Positions 14,569-29,127 of a DNA stretch of 64,000 bases are shown here, in pieces (position 1 is the first letter of the stretch; every line of letters starts with the position of its first letter). This stretch comes from Octopus vulgaris (lineage: Eukaryota). Position numbers and translations under genes: made by a program. The DNA is taken from positions 152,706,001 through 152,770,000 of the forward strand of contig OX597816.1 in assembly GCA_951406725.2 (NCBI GenBank), read 5' to 3'. Below the pieces are notes generated by a model. It was given only the letters and a program-made list of their open reading frames with translations. It did no database searches and was not told where the DNA came from.

Positions 14569-14613
<45 letters not shown>

Positions 14614-14666
14614 CATACACATACACACATACATACATACATACATACATACATACATACATACAT

Positions 14667-14728
<62 letters not shown>

Positions 14729-15583
14729 CAACTATACATATGTATATGTACGTATATATATCCATAAATGCATGTGTGTATGGATGTATTTACGTATGCA
14801 GGTATGTATGTATTTTGTGGACTCTCGTTGCTTCGACGAATAAGTGTTCAGCAAGTCACACACACATTAATAATAAAAAAAGACACAAGACAAAGTAACA
14901 ACAAAAAGCAATAAACAAACAAAAGAAAAACACCACCGCCACCATATGGCCGTCTTAGTGCACAGTCAAAGCTGAAGATTTCCAAAGGTATCCTCTGCCT
15001 GTCCCGTCACCTCTTTCCCTATTGCTTCTGCACTAATGGAGTAAGTCTGATAGTGTTAATGCTGATTTCTTGGTTTGCAGAATAACCTGGACGATGACTA
15101 TCATTATGGTTTGTGCAGAGACCAGTTCCACACTCTCTTCCTTGAAATTTGCATTGGTCTGGTGCAACAAACGCTACGAGCCCAGTTATCAGAATGCAGT
15201 TATCAGAATTTATATGGAGTTATCTTCTCCTAGATGAGCAGTTAAAGAGCTTAAGGGCGTTATCTGCCAGGATCCATTGAGTGACATATCCGGGTCAGAG
15301 TAGACCTAGGGTCAATAATGGTTAAGAGTTTTGTGCCCCACCTTCCGGAAAGATTAGAACTCCCGAACCAAGGACTCACTACCTGACTCAGTTTAAAGTC
15401 ATATCTAACACAATTTGTGTGTGTATATCCGCACGAACGTGTGTGCGTTCGTGTGTAAGTGTGTGTGTTTATGTGCGCGTGAGTATATTTGTGTGTATAT
15501 TAAGTCATATCTGGCACAACATGCATGCGTGTGTGTGCGTGTGTGCATGTGTGCGTGTGTGAGTGTGTGTGTGTGAGTGCCTG

Positions 15584-15650
<67 letters not shown>

Positions 15651-16084
15651 CAGCTATTTTATGCATGGCACAGAGCAAATCAGAGTTAAAGTATATTGTA
15701 ATGCCTCACTGTGGATGAAATATCAGAATACAAACGTATTCTGCCTACGCTATTGATGTGCAGAAAAAGTAGTCGGGCGAAACTCCTGACAAACTGTTTC
15801 CCGGTTTATTGACTGCTCCGCAAAGAAAATGCATCTGGTTTCCTCCCTCAGTCAATAGTACAGAGACTTCAACTACGATGTACATGAGTTACAAATGAGG
15901 TCTTAAGTTAGCATTGATCGAACTGGTTTATGTTAAAAGTCGTTCAAACCTTGACACTGTCCCATCTAACCAACATGCCCTTTTTTTAAACTTCAAAGTG
16001 GGGTCCGAAGGACATTTGGTTGCAATTTCCAGTAAGTTGATCGACGATCAACAGTCGTCGCTCAGTGAATCAATATTAATGTAA

Positions 16085-16280
16085 AGTCAAGGCCACGGGC
16101 TAGCAGAATTGTTAGCATGCCAAGCAAAATGCTTAGTGGCATTTCGTCCGTCTATACGTTCTGAGTTCAAATTCCGCCGAGGTCGAAATTTGAACTTTGC
16201 CTTTCATCCTTTCGATATCGATAAAATAAGTACCAGTTGAATACCAGGGGCTGGCTTTGTGCCAAAATTTGAAACCAATA
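16085..16280 (+). mobile_element. SINE family A
   Basis: gctagcagaattgttagc..gttctgagttcaaattccgccgaggtcga. Further copies at ~17285-17495, 18343-18555, 41010-41145, 45099-45315, 46260-46830 (fragments) and 47807-48022. Confidence 0.78.
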
Positions 16281-18159
16281 TTACAGCCAGGCCAGTTACA
16301 TGGATCCTATGTTTTACTCTTAGAAAAAACAAATTACTCAGAGTTTTGCTTTTCAACTTGAAGTCTTTTCTCCTGTTTGTTCGTTACCCTAACTTGTACG
16401 CAATGTGTTGGAACATATCCCAGTATACAGGAAGATAAATGATTAAAAGAGAGTGAATAGCAATCACAGGATTTTGTTATGGGAGTATTCGAAATCAGCA
16501 TTGAAAACTAAGGGAACACCCTTACATTATATGATACATCAATCATTAATGTAATTTAATGATTAATCTATATTAATCAATGATTAATGCAGATTAATTT
16601 GTATAGATTAACACAGACTTTTGTTTTAGTTCAGGGTTTCTTTTTTTCCCTGGACGCAACAAGGAGTGTAATCAATTGATTCGCCCGTATTTAAAATGGT
16701 TTGTCCCTTATCTGCGACATCGAAGACAATGTCAATTCCGATAGGATTTGAAAATCATCAATGTGTGATAATGAGTAATACTGCAGTAGACTTCTAGCAC
16801 TATCAATAAAGAGACAGTCTACCTAGTCTCTCAACCTTCTAGAAAGAGCAGCGAAGTTTTCCTCGACCTTCAATAATGAGATAATATACATATTCCTAAA
16901 AAGCTGGTGTGGCCTTCATTTGCTCGATAAATAACAACAACAATAGCAGCAGCAGCTGCATCAACAACAGCAACTACAACAACCACATTAATGAAACGAA
17001 GACAATCAAAATCCAATGAGTACTATATATTAAATAGATAAGAACTTTACAATCGGATTTCACGAACCAGGTTCGAAAAATTTGCCTACCACCAATGTTG
17101 CTTGGTTGATTCAGTTGACCACCCTTATTTGCAAAGTTGTCTTTTACAATGTAATAGAAAAACATTTTCGTTTCTTTTCTTTCTTTTTTTTTTTTTGCCT
17201 TACGAGTCGAAACTAGAGAAACCCTTGTTATTCCAGAAATATGGCGCAAGCTAATCCAGTAAAAGTTTCCATACTCATTTCTGATGTCGCAGAATCGTTG
17301 GCAGGATCGTTGGCACGTCAGACTAAACGTTTAGCGGCACACTTTTCGGCTCTGTACGTTCAAATTCTGTTGAGGTCGGCTTTGTCATTCATCCTTTCGG
17401 GATTGGTAAAATAATATTCGAATATTAAGATCGATGTAGCCGACTTGTCCCCTCTCCTCAAAATTGCTATCTTGTGTCAAAATTAAAAAGAATTATAGTG
17501 TCTATTTCTCTGCTAAACGCGAATTAGGATATGATATTCATGAATAGTTTGAGCTGTTAAAAAAACAAAAACAAAACAGTAAATGAATTTCTAAAACTGA
17601 CAAAGGCTTTCCTTTGTCGCTTTTAGAAACGTCGCGATTCCTTACTGAACACGAATTTCTCTATTTTACTAATTATATTAATGTTCCCCATTTAGATATC
17701 GGCTGGCCCTTAAGATGACTGGACGTTTGATATTAAGAGGATCGATGTTACAAATGGATTGCGCAACGAAAAGTAAAACGTGTTGATGGACAATGATATT
17801 GAAAGAAAACTGAAAGTGATTTTTCGAATTCACAAATGTCTAAGGTCACTATTACTTAAGCGAGACAGTGATTTAAGTAAGATGAGAGATAATTTTCAGC
17901 CTCCTTGATATCATCAGTTTATCGCAGATAATATTTATTGGTGTTTTATTCTCTCTAGACAAAAAGTATAATTGAAGACTATAGTATATAAAGTGTCTCG
18001 AAAAAGAACCGATTAAATTTCTGCTGTGGATTTGAACGCCACAATGACAGTATTATCTATTAGGCCTTCTTATCGCTACAGCCAACAGAAATTACAGTCT
18101 ACAGCTTTAGAGAATCATCGTGGTGGAGTGTCTGTGTTTCAAAATATGTTGAATGGGAT

Positions 18160-18325
18160 TTACAGAATCACACTGGACCTATCATAATAATTACATCATA
18201 ATAATTACTCTAAAATTATCGCAGAATTTACACCAAACCTATTATAGAATTATACCAAACTTACCATTAGAATTACATAAAACTTATCACAGAACTTCAT
18301 CAAAGTTATCATAGAATTTCATATT
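18160..18325. repeat. Decayed ~21-22-bp tandem repeat (AAACTTATCAYAGAATTWCAYC)
   Basis: About 6-7 units visible. Confidence 0.75.
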
Positions 18326-18624
18326 AGTATTATTATGTCCGATAAAGGCGGCAGTATCTTTACTATGCCGGGCTAAAAGCTTAGCGGCATTTTGTCCGTA
18401 TTTATTTTATGAGTTCAAATTCCTCCGAGGTCGACGTTGCCTTTTTCCCTTTCGGAGTCGATGAAATAAGTACCAACTGAGGACTGGAGGTCAATGTAAT
18501 CGACTTACTCTCTTCACCGAATGTGCTGACCTTGTGCCAAAATTTGAAACTAATATTATCAGCTCTGATAGTATTTAAGAACTGAGAGTCAGTTATAACT
18601 ATTCTGTGGTCACTTCAACCAAGT

Positions 18625-18745
18625 TAGTTTTGTTTACGACAATTCACTCGTTCAAATCCAGGGTTCGAACTCACCTAACTTTATTCAGTGATTTGATTTA
18701 CAACCCTTTTGGTTTACAACCGTCCCCACCAGCATTAATGTGTGC
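18625..18745. repeat. Direct repeat pair 1, copy A (121 bp, identical to 19720-19840)
   Basis: Base-by-base identical; extends 7 bp left with one mismatch (accaagT/C). Confidence 0.97.
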
Positions 18746-18841
18746 GTGTGTGCATGCATATCGTATGTGTTCATACACATATGCAAATGTGTATAATTAC
18801 ATATTTGTAAATATATGCATATATGCACACACACACACACA

Positions 18842-18879
<38 letters not shown>

Positions 18880-19719
18880 AGATAAATTTGTCTATTTATC
18901 TGTTTCTGCTCTTCTCCCTTCCTCACTCTCTCCCCCCCCCCACACACACGCGTGGTATTATGGCAGCCCCCACCCTCAACTCATCACCTCACATCAGCCA
19001 TGCCACTTACATCAGTTCCGCTCCGCTTCAAACCACTGTTCATTCCAATTCTCTAGCTTCATGCTTTATCGGTGAAATTTTACAGAGAAGTAAGCAGAAT
19101 CAATCAACGTATCAGTCTTAAATATCACAGCAGCCCCCCTGACAGTGGGAGGAGCCCAGCGATGCATCACCTGCAATAACGCTGTAAGCAGTTATTAAAC
19201 AGCCTTGCAATAATACTGGGCGGAGTAAAGTGACTTATAACTTCAAACAGCTGTTAAAACAATGCTCGAATGAAGTATCTGCATTGATGAAAACAATTGT
19301 TCTAAGTAGAACTGTGGTAATTATGGGAGGGATCAGGGAGGCTTTGATGTGAAACGTAATATGGTAATTATAGTAAGTGTCAAAGAGTCTGTTCCGTCCT
19401 TTAAAATAACAATTAGCGTTATTGTTACTAGTATGATATTATTACAGGCACAAGTCCTCATATTTTGTGGGTGGAATATACGTGATTATAACAACCCCAG
19501 CATTTGATTGGTACTTATTTTATATGGAGAGTTCAAATGCTGCCAGAGTCGATTTGCAGTATTCAGGTATGTGTTTTTACGTTTCGAGTTCAAATCTAAG
19601 CAGCGTCAGCTTTGGCTTTCATCATTTCAAGTTCGATAAAATGAAGTATCAAGCACTGATGCCTATGACCATAACAGCCGCTACCAACACAACGACGACG
19701 ACCACCACCACCACCAAGC

Positions 19720-19840
19720 TAGTTTTGTTTACGACAATTCACTCGTTCAAATCCAGGGTTCGAACTCACCTAACTTTATTCAGTGATTTGATTTACAACC
19801 CTTTTGGTTTACAACCGTCCCCACCAGCATTAATGTGTGC
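19720..19840. repeat. Direct repeat pair 1, copy B
   Basis: Identical to 18625-18745. Confidence 0.97.
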
Positions 19841-19950
19841 ATGGCACCTTGGGCAAGCGTCTTCTACTATAGCCTCGGGTTGACCAAAGCCTTGTGAGTG
19901 GATTTGGTAGACGGAAACTGAAAGAAGCCCGTTGTATATATATATATACA

Positions 19951-19996
<46 letters not shown>

Positions 19997-20000
19997 TGTC

Positions 20001-20046
<46 letters not shown>

Positions 20047-20268
20047 CGTGTGTATATGTGTTTTTGTGTCTGTCCCACCCCCAACATCGCTTGACAACCG
20101 ATGCTGGTGTGTTTACGTCCCCGTAATTTAGCGATTCGACACAAGAGACCAATAGAATAAGTACTAGGTTTACAAAGAATAAGTCCTGGGTTCGATTTGC
20201 TCGACTTAAAGTCGGTGCTCCAGGATGGCCGCAGTCAAATGACTGAAGCAAATAAAAGAGTAAAAGTA
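19841..20268 (+). mobile_element. SINE family B lacking its tRNA-like head
   Basis: Begins abruptly at atggcaccttgggcaag directly after the 19720-19840 repeat copy; body and tail are complete. Confidence 0.85.
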
Positions 20269-22046
20269 TTCAAAGAAGGAGATGACGTAAGAAGTAATGG
20301 CTTAGAAACAACTTAGGAAGCATTAAAATGTCTTGCAGTAGTAGTAGTGTAGTAGATGATGAAGAAGAAAGAAGTATCAAAATACAGCAGAATGTGTATT
20401 TCTCTGCAATGTTTTGGTGATAATTACTTAACAAGAGAATGTAATGAATTTTGCTGTTATGTTTGAACAGAACACCTCTTAACCTCTATTTCTACAAGTT
20501 CTCTCTGTATTCACAGGTGACTAGAGGTGTGAGAGAAGTGGCGATCGCCTGCTTTTTATTGAATTAGCAGAGGTAGATATATGTATGTATGTGTATCCAC
20601 ATGTATATGTATGTACACACACACATATATATATGTATATATATATATATATATATGTGTATACACATATACATACGTACACAGGTGCATCCCCATCCAT
20701 ATATCATCGGACAGACCGGACTTTGTTTGTCTGACTCCTTTATTGAACGCCTTTATTGAACTCCCACTCTTGTACTCTCTTTCCACTCTGTGGCTCACTA
20801 CACACAATATCTCTCGCTGTTCTGCTGCACTCTACATAGTGTTTCTTCAGAAACTCGTTGTTAAAGCGAAGAACTTATTTTCACTTTCCAGAGTCGCTAC
20901 TCACAGACGCATACACACATCCATTCCCTATAATACTACACATCTAAATCCAACATGCACACACACACACTCACTCTCTCTCTCTCACACACACACACAC
21001 ACTCACACGCACGTACACACACACACACACACACACACATATACGAAGGGCTCTCACACAGACTCCGTCTACCAAATTTATTCGCAAGACATTGATTGGC
21101 TCAGCACTACAGTGGAAGACACTTTTCCAACGTTGGACTGAACACGCAGTGGGACTGAATATGAAACACGTGGTTGCAAAGCTATAATGTGAGCTTCTTA
21201 ACCATACAGCCATACCCATTCTATTTTCTGCATGACTTCACACAAAAAAGCACATTTTTCAAACAATGGGTATAAGGAATGTTGGCTCGTAAAATTTTAA
21301 ATGCAAGTTTGATTCATTGTTGCCGTTATGAATATTTAGTCCTTAGTAAAGCTTTCATTGAACAAAGCTATGAGTAAAAGCAATCTAGATTTGACTATCT
21401 CATAGTTTTCTGTGTGCAGGAATCCTGGGTCATATAATCTGATCTTAAACGACAGGACATGATTTGAAGGAGATTTAGTTGCTATTTCTAGTAGGTACAC
21501 CGTAGAGTCTCCTTCGCTGACTCGCTGGTTTCATTTCTCCTTGAATAGGACATTGATGTAACTTAGCACACACATAAGACAAAGTGCATATTTCCAGCAA
21601 CATGGTAGAATTAAGTGTATGATCTAAATACAAAACAAAACACTCCAGTTTGAACTAGGGACATAAGTATTGAATGAGCTGAAAAATCACTACCTTATCT
21701 ACAAGGTTATTTAATTATTACGAGATAACAGCATATTACGAGATATTACCTTATTATGTAATATCTAGCCATACCGCAGGTGAACATGCGCATGTATATG
21801 TATGCTTGCTGGTGTGTGTATGTGTGTATATGTGCAACGTATACTAGTGTATATACATGTGCGTAAGAGTGTGTGTTGTTTACGAGATTCAATGCGTTTT
21901 AAATGAATTAGGATTGATAGCATGTTAAGGCGCAGTATTTCATGTTAATTCCAGTTACAATGACTGCAAGTGGCAGGTGTTAGCGATGTCAGGATAGCAT
22001 TATTAGGAACTATTTCATCATTATATATGTTCAAGCATACATCCAT

Positions 22047-22080
<34 letters not shown>

Positions 22081-22236
22081 ACACACACACACACACAAAA
22101 CAGACTCACGCATGCACTTTCTCTCATGTACACAAGTATACACCTGTTATGTATACATGTATGCATGTGTGTGTATATATATGTGTGTATATATACATAT
22201 ATTTATGTGCGTACACACACACACGCGCACACACAC

Positions 22237-22296
<60 letters not shown>

Positions 22297-22376
22297 CAAA
22301 AAAAAAACAAAAGACGGAGAGAGGTGGTGTAGACAACAAACAGATGTATTATTATAACGCTCGGGAAGCGAAAAAA

Positions 22377-22418
22377 GTCTTTAACGTTTCGAGCCTACGC
22401 TCTTCCACTGAAAGGAAC
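22377..22418 (-). ncRNA. Second copy of the hammerhead-like motif (core CAGUGGA, GUU site)
   Basis: Minus strand: CUUU-CAGUGGA-A-GAGC(GUAG)GCUC-GAAAC-GU-U-AAAG, within a ~140-bp module shared with 6210-6350. Confidence 0.5.
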
Positions 22419-22486
22419 ACAGAAAGAAAGAAGGAGAGAAAATAAAGAATATGTGTAGTGGCTGGCTAGCGATCTATCATGGCGAA

Positions 22487-22551
<65 letters not shown>

Positions 22552-22588
22552 CTATGTATGTATGTATGTATGTATGTATGTATGTATG

Positions 22589-22649
<61 letters not shown>

Positions 22650-22654
<5 letters not shown>

Positions 22655-22797
22655 GTTGGTGCATAATTATTGCGCCTTTTTACCAACAAATTTCATTCAA
22701 CAAAAAATAATAACAACGTGTAACAAAAACACCTTTAAATGATTATTCCGGAGCATATTCACCAGCTACTTCAATTATTGCCTCCCATTTGCTTGGC
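22650..22797 (-). mobile_element. Mariner 3' end (TIR plus last transposase codons) abutting a (TA)n array
   Basis: (TA)TTGGGTTGGTGCATAATTATTGCG resembles Hsmar1/MADE1-type TIRs. The minus strand reads PSKWEAIIEVAGEYAPE*, a typical mariner C-terminus. Confidence 0.75.
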
Positions 22798-22802
22798 GAT
22801 AA

Positions 22803-22962
22803 TGGTATTTTAAACCCAAGAGGACGCCTCCACCAGCTGGTTATTCAGTGCACTCTGCACTCGATCTGTATTGCAATATATATATATATATATATATATA
22901 TCAAGTGCAGAGTACAGTGAATAACCAGCTGGAGAAGGCGTCCTCATGGGTTTAAAATACCA
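22803..22962. repeat. Inverted repeat, ~63-bp arms around a short spacer with (TA)n
   Basis: tggtattttaaaccc..tgcactcgat / atcaagtgca..gggtttaaaatacca; about 6 mismatches. Confidence 0.9.
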
Positions 22963-23094
22963 GTATCATTGATTCCTCGGGAACATCGGTGTTACGTGGT
23001 GATAAACACTAGTTCTGAGTATAAACACTGCTTTCATCTCTCATAGAGATTTTCCTTACTAACTACGTTGCAAACATATATGTTTACACACACA

Positions 23095-23126
<32 letters not shown>

Positions 23127-23140
23127 TAAATATATTATAT

Positions 23141-23190
<50 letters not shown>

Positions 23191-23272
23191 CATACATACA
23201 AGAGTGGGTGGATAAATTAAAAGAATAATGCACACAACATTATATGTAGGAGCGTTACATATATTATCATTG

Positions 23273-23415
23273 AAAACAGCCTGTTTCGGCTCCATGCAAC
23301 TTAAAGATTCGCAGGCTTCTAATAGAAACCTGAAACTTCTGAGCTTGAATGAGCCAGGTTTCTGCCAGAAGCCTGCGAATCTCTAAGTTGCCTGTGAGCC
23401 GAATCAATCTGTTTT
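23273..23415. repeat. Imperfect hairpin, ~60-bp arms
   Basis: gcaactta.agattcgcaggcttct..agaaacctg / caggtttct..agaagcctgcgaatct.taagttgc. Confidence 0.88.
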
Positions 23416-23421
23416 AAATAC

Positions 23422-23495
<74 letters not shown>

Positions 23496-23741
23496 TGTGT
23501 GTGTGTGTATGTGTGTGTATGTGTATGTGCGTGTCTGTGTCACCCACCACTGCTTGACAACCACTGTTGGTGTGCTTACGCCCCTGTAACACAGCAGTTC
23601 GGCAAAAGAAACTGATGGAATAAGCTCCACGGTAAAAAGACAAAAATGAAGTACTAGAATCAATTCGCCCCCAAAAATCTCTTCTAGGCGGTGCCCATCA
23701 TGGCAGAAGTCTAATGACAAGCACGGCTCATAAAAACGTGA

Positions 23742-23934
<193 letters not shown>

Positions 23935-24233
23935 CCTGCCTGTTTGTCTGTCTGTCCGTCCGTCTGTCTGTCTGTCTACCTATCTATCAATCTATCTGTA
24001 TATAAAGGTTATGAGAGATATTGGAGTCAATAAGACCCAAAGGTGTCAGGTAATGCTGAGTAAGTGGACGGACTATAGTTAAGCTCCAGGTTCGGTGATA
24101 TAACCATTCTGCCTAAATAATGAACTACAGATACAATATCCCTGCATATCTCATGTCTATTTTCATTCCTCCAGTTCACTCTCTATTTCATATCCTATCT
24201 AGAATAACTATTACTAAACCATTTTCTCACACA

Positions 24234-24281
24234 GTCTCCGATGAAGGGATATATAAAATACCCCGGTAACAGCTGTAAGAC
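24234..24281 (+). ncRNA. Degenerate minimal hammerhead of a Penelope-like element
   Basis: GUCU-CCGAUGA-A-GGGAUAU..AUACCCC-G-GUAAC-AGCU-GU-A-AGAC: stems I-III present, with core substitutions relative to CUGAUGA/GAAA. Confidence 0.5.
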
Positions 24282-24345
24282 CTTCTATTTATAAATGTTC
24301 TGAAATCTTTCACAGCTTTGGATTTTTATCTCATTCTATTAAATT

Positions 24346-24380
<35 letters not shown>

Positions 24381-24483
24381 TTAAGAGAACAATCTTTTCT
24401 TAGTGGTCAGACCATATGGGGTGTACCTCAAGCATAATGGATCTCCACTTAGTGGTCATCTCTCTTATATGTATGTATGTATA

Positions 24484-24543
<60 letters not shown>

Positions 24544-25921
24544 TATATGACTTGCATACACGCTGGCATACACATATAACGAGATGACGTACACAACTGC
24601 AATCATACAAACACACACTTCGAAGCAGAGCCTTAAAATGGCGATTGTGTGTGTGTGTGTGTTTATATTTAAGTTAATTTTCAGTAAACCGCGGTATTAG
24701 AGTGAACTTTAATCCATGTGGTTTCAGTAATCTTGTCGGATTACCAGACTCTAGGCACTGCATAAAAATAGGAATGTTTCACGGTAAGGAATATCATGTG
24801 AAGATGAATGAACTTGGTGAAGACAATGGTTTGGGATGAGAGATAATAAAACAACGTGAAGGAAGGGAGGAACGAACAAATGAGAGTGGGAACTGGCATG
24901 AGTGACTCATTAGAGGCTGGCAGGGGACGGAGGTGGATGGGCGCCGATAGTGCAGGAATCTATACACATTTATTTTGATGTTAAACAAATCAAAACTTAT
25001 AAATAGTCCATTTGAAAAAAATATGAATCGAAATAGTTCAACAAATCCAGTAAAAATCAATACACACACATGTATATGCAAAACATTCGAATGGGCCGAG
25101 GGAAATATCTCAGAGTGGCCTGTGACAAAAACTTAGATAAAGATAATAAAAGGTATAGTGAATATCATTTAAGACAAATTTTTGATTTATTGAAATTATT
25201 TCTAGTGGTAAAATGCAACCGACTGAATAATACGTATGTATGTATGTATGTATGTATGTATGCATGTATGTATGTATGTATGTATGTATGTATGTATGTA
25301 TGTATGTATGTATGTATGTATGTATGTATGTATGTATGTCATTATTCAGTTATATTTGAAGATTTCTTGCCGATAGAGAAAGAGCCAGTTTCTAACCTTG
25401 ATCCAAGGCTCTTTCAGTGGAATTTCAACATCAGCAGGGTATTTTTGTATGTGATTATGCAGTTTTATTTCAAGAATTTCAACATCAGCAACAGGGTATT
25501 TTTGTTTTTATGTATGTATGTAGCTCTTTTTGTTGCTCCATTCCAAATGACTACTAGCCTTATGCTGGTGTAGCCCTCTTCTACTTTAGCAGTCACATTC
25601 CTTATTTTCTGCGGGGTCAAATTGTAATGGTTGAGATGATGTCTTTCTGCTTGCAACTACATTAGCACCTCAAGCTATCAGCTAAAGCATGGCACACACC
25701 TTCACGTCATTCTCGCTTGCGAGTGACGGCTATGCTATAATATGAATATTATTAATTAATCTTTAGTTCTAGAATAAAACATCATGTAAACATGGCCTTA
25801 GACAAACAAAATATTGTTTTCTGTTTACGTTTGACCGTTATGTGATATGTCGTCTACTCCTTCCATTTTGGTATTTGAAGAAGAGATAGAGAGGTAGATA
25901 GAGAAACGTATAAGTATCTAC

Positions 25922-26019
<98 letters not shown>

Positions 26020-26106
26020 GTTTTGCTTCTTCCCTACCTTCTTGTATGCATACACACATGCGTGTGCATGTGTGTGGTGTATATATATATATATATATAT
26101 AGATAT

Positions 26107-26170
<64 letters not shown>

Positions 26171-26307
26171 ATAGATAGATCATGCCAATTAGCAGTTGTG
26201 CAAACAGTAATCTTGAGCGCTAAACAAATAACTGGTGAATATAGTAGAGCTCAACTAAATATTCTCCATTTATATATGTCAGGTACAGCCATTTCCTTAA
26301 TAATTGA

Positions 26308-26375
<68 letters not shown>

Positions 26376-27185
26376 GGAGGATGATATTTGAAAGGAACGT
26401 CTTAACACCTGAATAAATGTCTTCACAGTATTTAGTTTCCTTCCTTCACTTAATAAGTTCATATCTCACTGTCGTGTCCATTCGACTCTGTATGGTAATA
26501 TAAATCCATCGTATGTACCAATCTCCTGCATAACCCCCGTGTTTATGTAATTAAATCTATAAAAAAATAATTTAGAGTTTAGTGGTGATTATTCCGAAGC
26601 TAAAATTCCATATTAAATTATTTCATTATATTCTCGAATTTAAAATATACTAGCGATCTTTTAAAATAATTTATTTCTGTTAAAATCCTGTTGGAATTCC
26701 TTTCGCCAAATAACAATCCCGCATTGATTAAATAAGTACCAAACATGCACTAGTACCAATTCAGTCAACCATTGGTTTAATATTGATCGTGCTTCGCCAA
26801 AATTTATCAATAGGGTTTCCTAGGTGAATTATTCCCTTCTGCCAACAAAGGATCAACATCACTCCGTCTTTTTACAACATGATTAATAGATTAAAATTTT
26901 TAAAATAAGATTTAACTAACAACAAAACTAATAACATTGCAGCTATGATAACCAAAGATATTTAAGCAGCGAAAAAAAAAAGTTATTTTACTTTTATTGA
27001 CAATTTACAGAGATGTCGTCAGCGCTTCCCATTTTGTTTGTAAGACAACAATTATGGAATATTATAACGTCTAAGAGATATACACGCAGACACATACATA
27101 GATACATAACACACGCATGCACGCACACGTATACACACACACACACACACACACATACACACGTATTTGCAACCACCGAATCCAC

Positions 27186-27236
<51 letters not shown>

Positions 27237-27518
27237 TAATGGATTCGGTGGGTACAAATATATAAATACTTAACTTACTTTTTATAAAGCGTATTAACAG
27301 CATGACTTGCAGTGTAAATAAACTTAAAAAGGACTTAGGAGGTCGGGTTGTAATGTTGAACTTCTTATTCTGTGGCAAATATCATGAATTTCTTACATTG
27401 ATATAAAGTTATGCATACGTAGATCATACATACACCACACACAACTCTTTCTTTCTTCCTTTTTTCCTTTCTTTTTTTCATTCTTTCTTTCTTTCTTTCT
27501 TTCTTTCTTTTTCTTTTT

Positions 27519-27585
<67 letters not shown>

Positions 27586-27636
27586 ACATACGTACATACA
27601 CAAACACACATACACGCTCATTCGGATATCTGTGGG

Positions 27637-27740
<104 letters not shown>

Positions 27741-28179
27741 GTGCGCGCACGTGCGTCCAGAGTTGTAAGATAAGGCAGGGTGAGAGGAGAGAAGAAAAAA
27801 TGCGTGAGGAGCAAAGTGGGGGAAACAAATCGAGGGAAGAGATAGAAGCCAGCCAACAAGATAGATAGATAGGTAGAAAGTGTGAGAGAGGGTGAGATAA
27901 AGAGAGAGGGAGAAAGAGAGACGTAGTGGTTACAGTTAGCCGACACTATAAAGTAACAAAATGGAAAAAGCAGACGACACATCACGTGACGAACTAACAA
28001 CAATAGAGAGCAATGACGTTATTTGTGGTTTTTATTATGTCATTGTTGTAAGTTTGTAAATTTTGATATTTTAGTTTTACATTACGCAAAATTAAAAAAA
28101 ATATATCGGTGGGTAGAAAAATATGTTAATGGTTCATTGCTGACAGGATTATGTAGTGACATTTAATCTCTCTCACTTT

Positions 28180-28226
<47 letters not shown>

Positions 28227-28240
28227 CACACCACACACAC

Positions 28241-28275
<35 letters not shown>

Positions 28276-28376
28276 AATGAGTGCGTTTGTATATGTGTTT
28301 GTGAGTAAGCATGTGTGCGTGCATACATACATACATACATACATGGATGATACATGCATACATATGTATACATGCA

Positions 28377-28473
<97 letters not shown>

Positions 28474-28510
28474 GCCTGTCTGTCTGTACATGCATTATAT
28501 ATACATACAA

Positions 28511-28910
28511 TGATGGAGGTGCAATGACCCAGTGATTAGGGCAGCGGACCCGCGGTCAAAGGATCGCGGTTTCGATTACCAGACAGAGCGTTGTGAGCGT
28601 TTATTGAGCGAAGACACCTAAAGCTCCACGAGGCTCCGGCAGGGTGTGGTGGCGAACTCTGCTGTACTCTTTTTCCCACTCTTTCCCACTCTGTACAACT
28701 TTTTCTCACAGTTTCTTCCTGTTTCTGTTATACCTGTATTTCAAACGGCCAGCCTTGTCACACTCTGTGTCACGCTGAATCTCCCCGAGAACTATGTTAA
28801 TGGTACACGTGTCTGTGGAGTGCTCAGCCACTTGCATGTTAATTTCACGAGCAGGCTGTTCCGTTGATTGGATCAACTGGAACTATCGTCGTCGTACCCG
28901 TCGGAATGCT
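28511..28910 (+). mobile_element. tRNA-derived SINE, family C
   Basis: Head tgacccagtgattagggcagcgg..ggtttcgattacc and tail gcaggctgttccgttgattggatcaactggaac..cgtcgtcgta.ccg.cgga. Degenerate tails in reverse orientation at ~52955-53060 and ~57955-58140. Confidence 0.72.
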
Positions 28911-29096
28911 ACGTTCATACGTACAATATATGTATATATATATATGTGTGTGTGTGTATGTGCGCGTATACACACACATATATAAATATATATATATATA
29001 TATATGTACATATATATATACATATATATATATATATACATACATACATACATATATATACATACATACATAAATACATACATACATACATACATA

Positions 29097-29127
<31 letters not shown>

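Noticed and set aside
18625-19840. Direct repeat pairs as diversity-generating-retroelement TR/VR
   Set aside because: The copies are identical (no adenine-specific mismatches), and there is no RT or target ORF; the same applies to 40292-41884.
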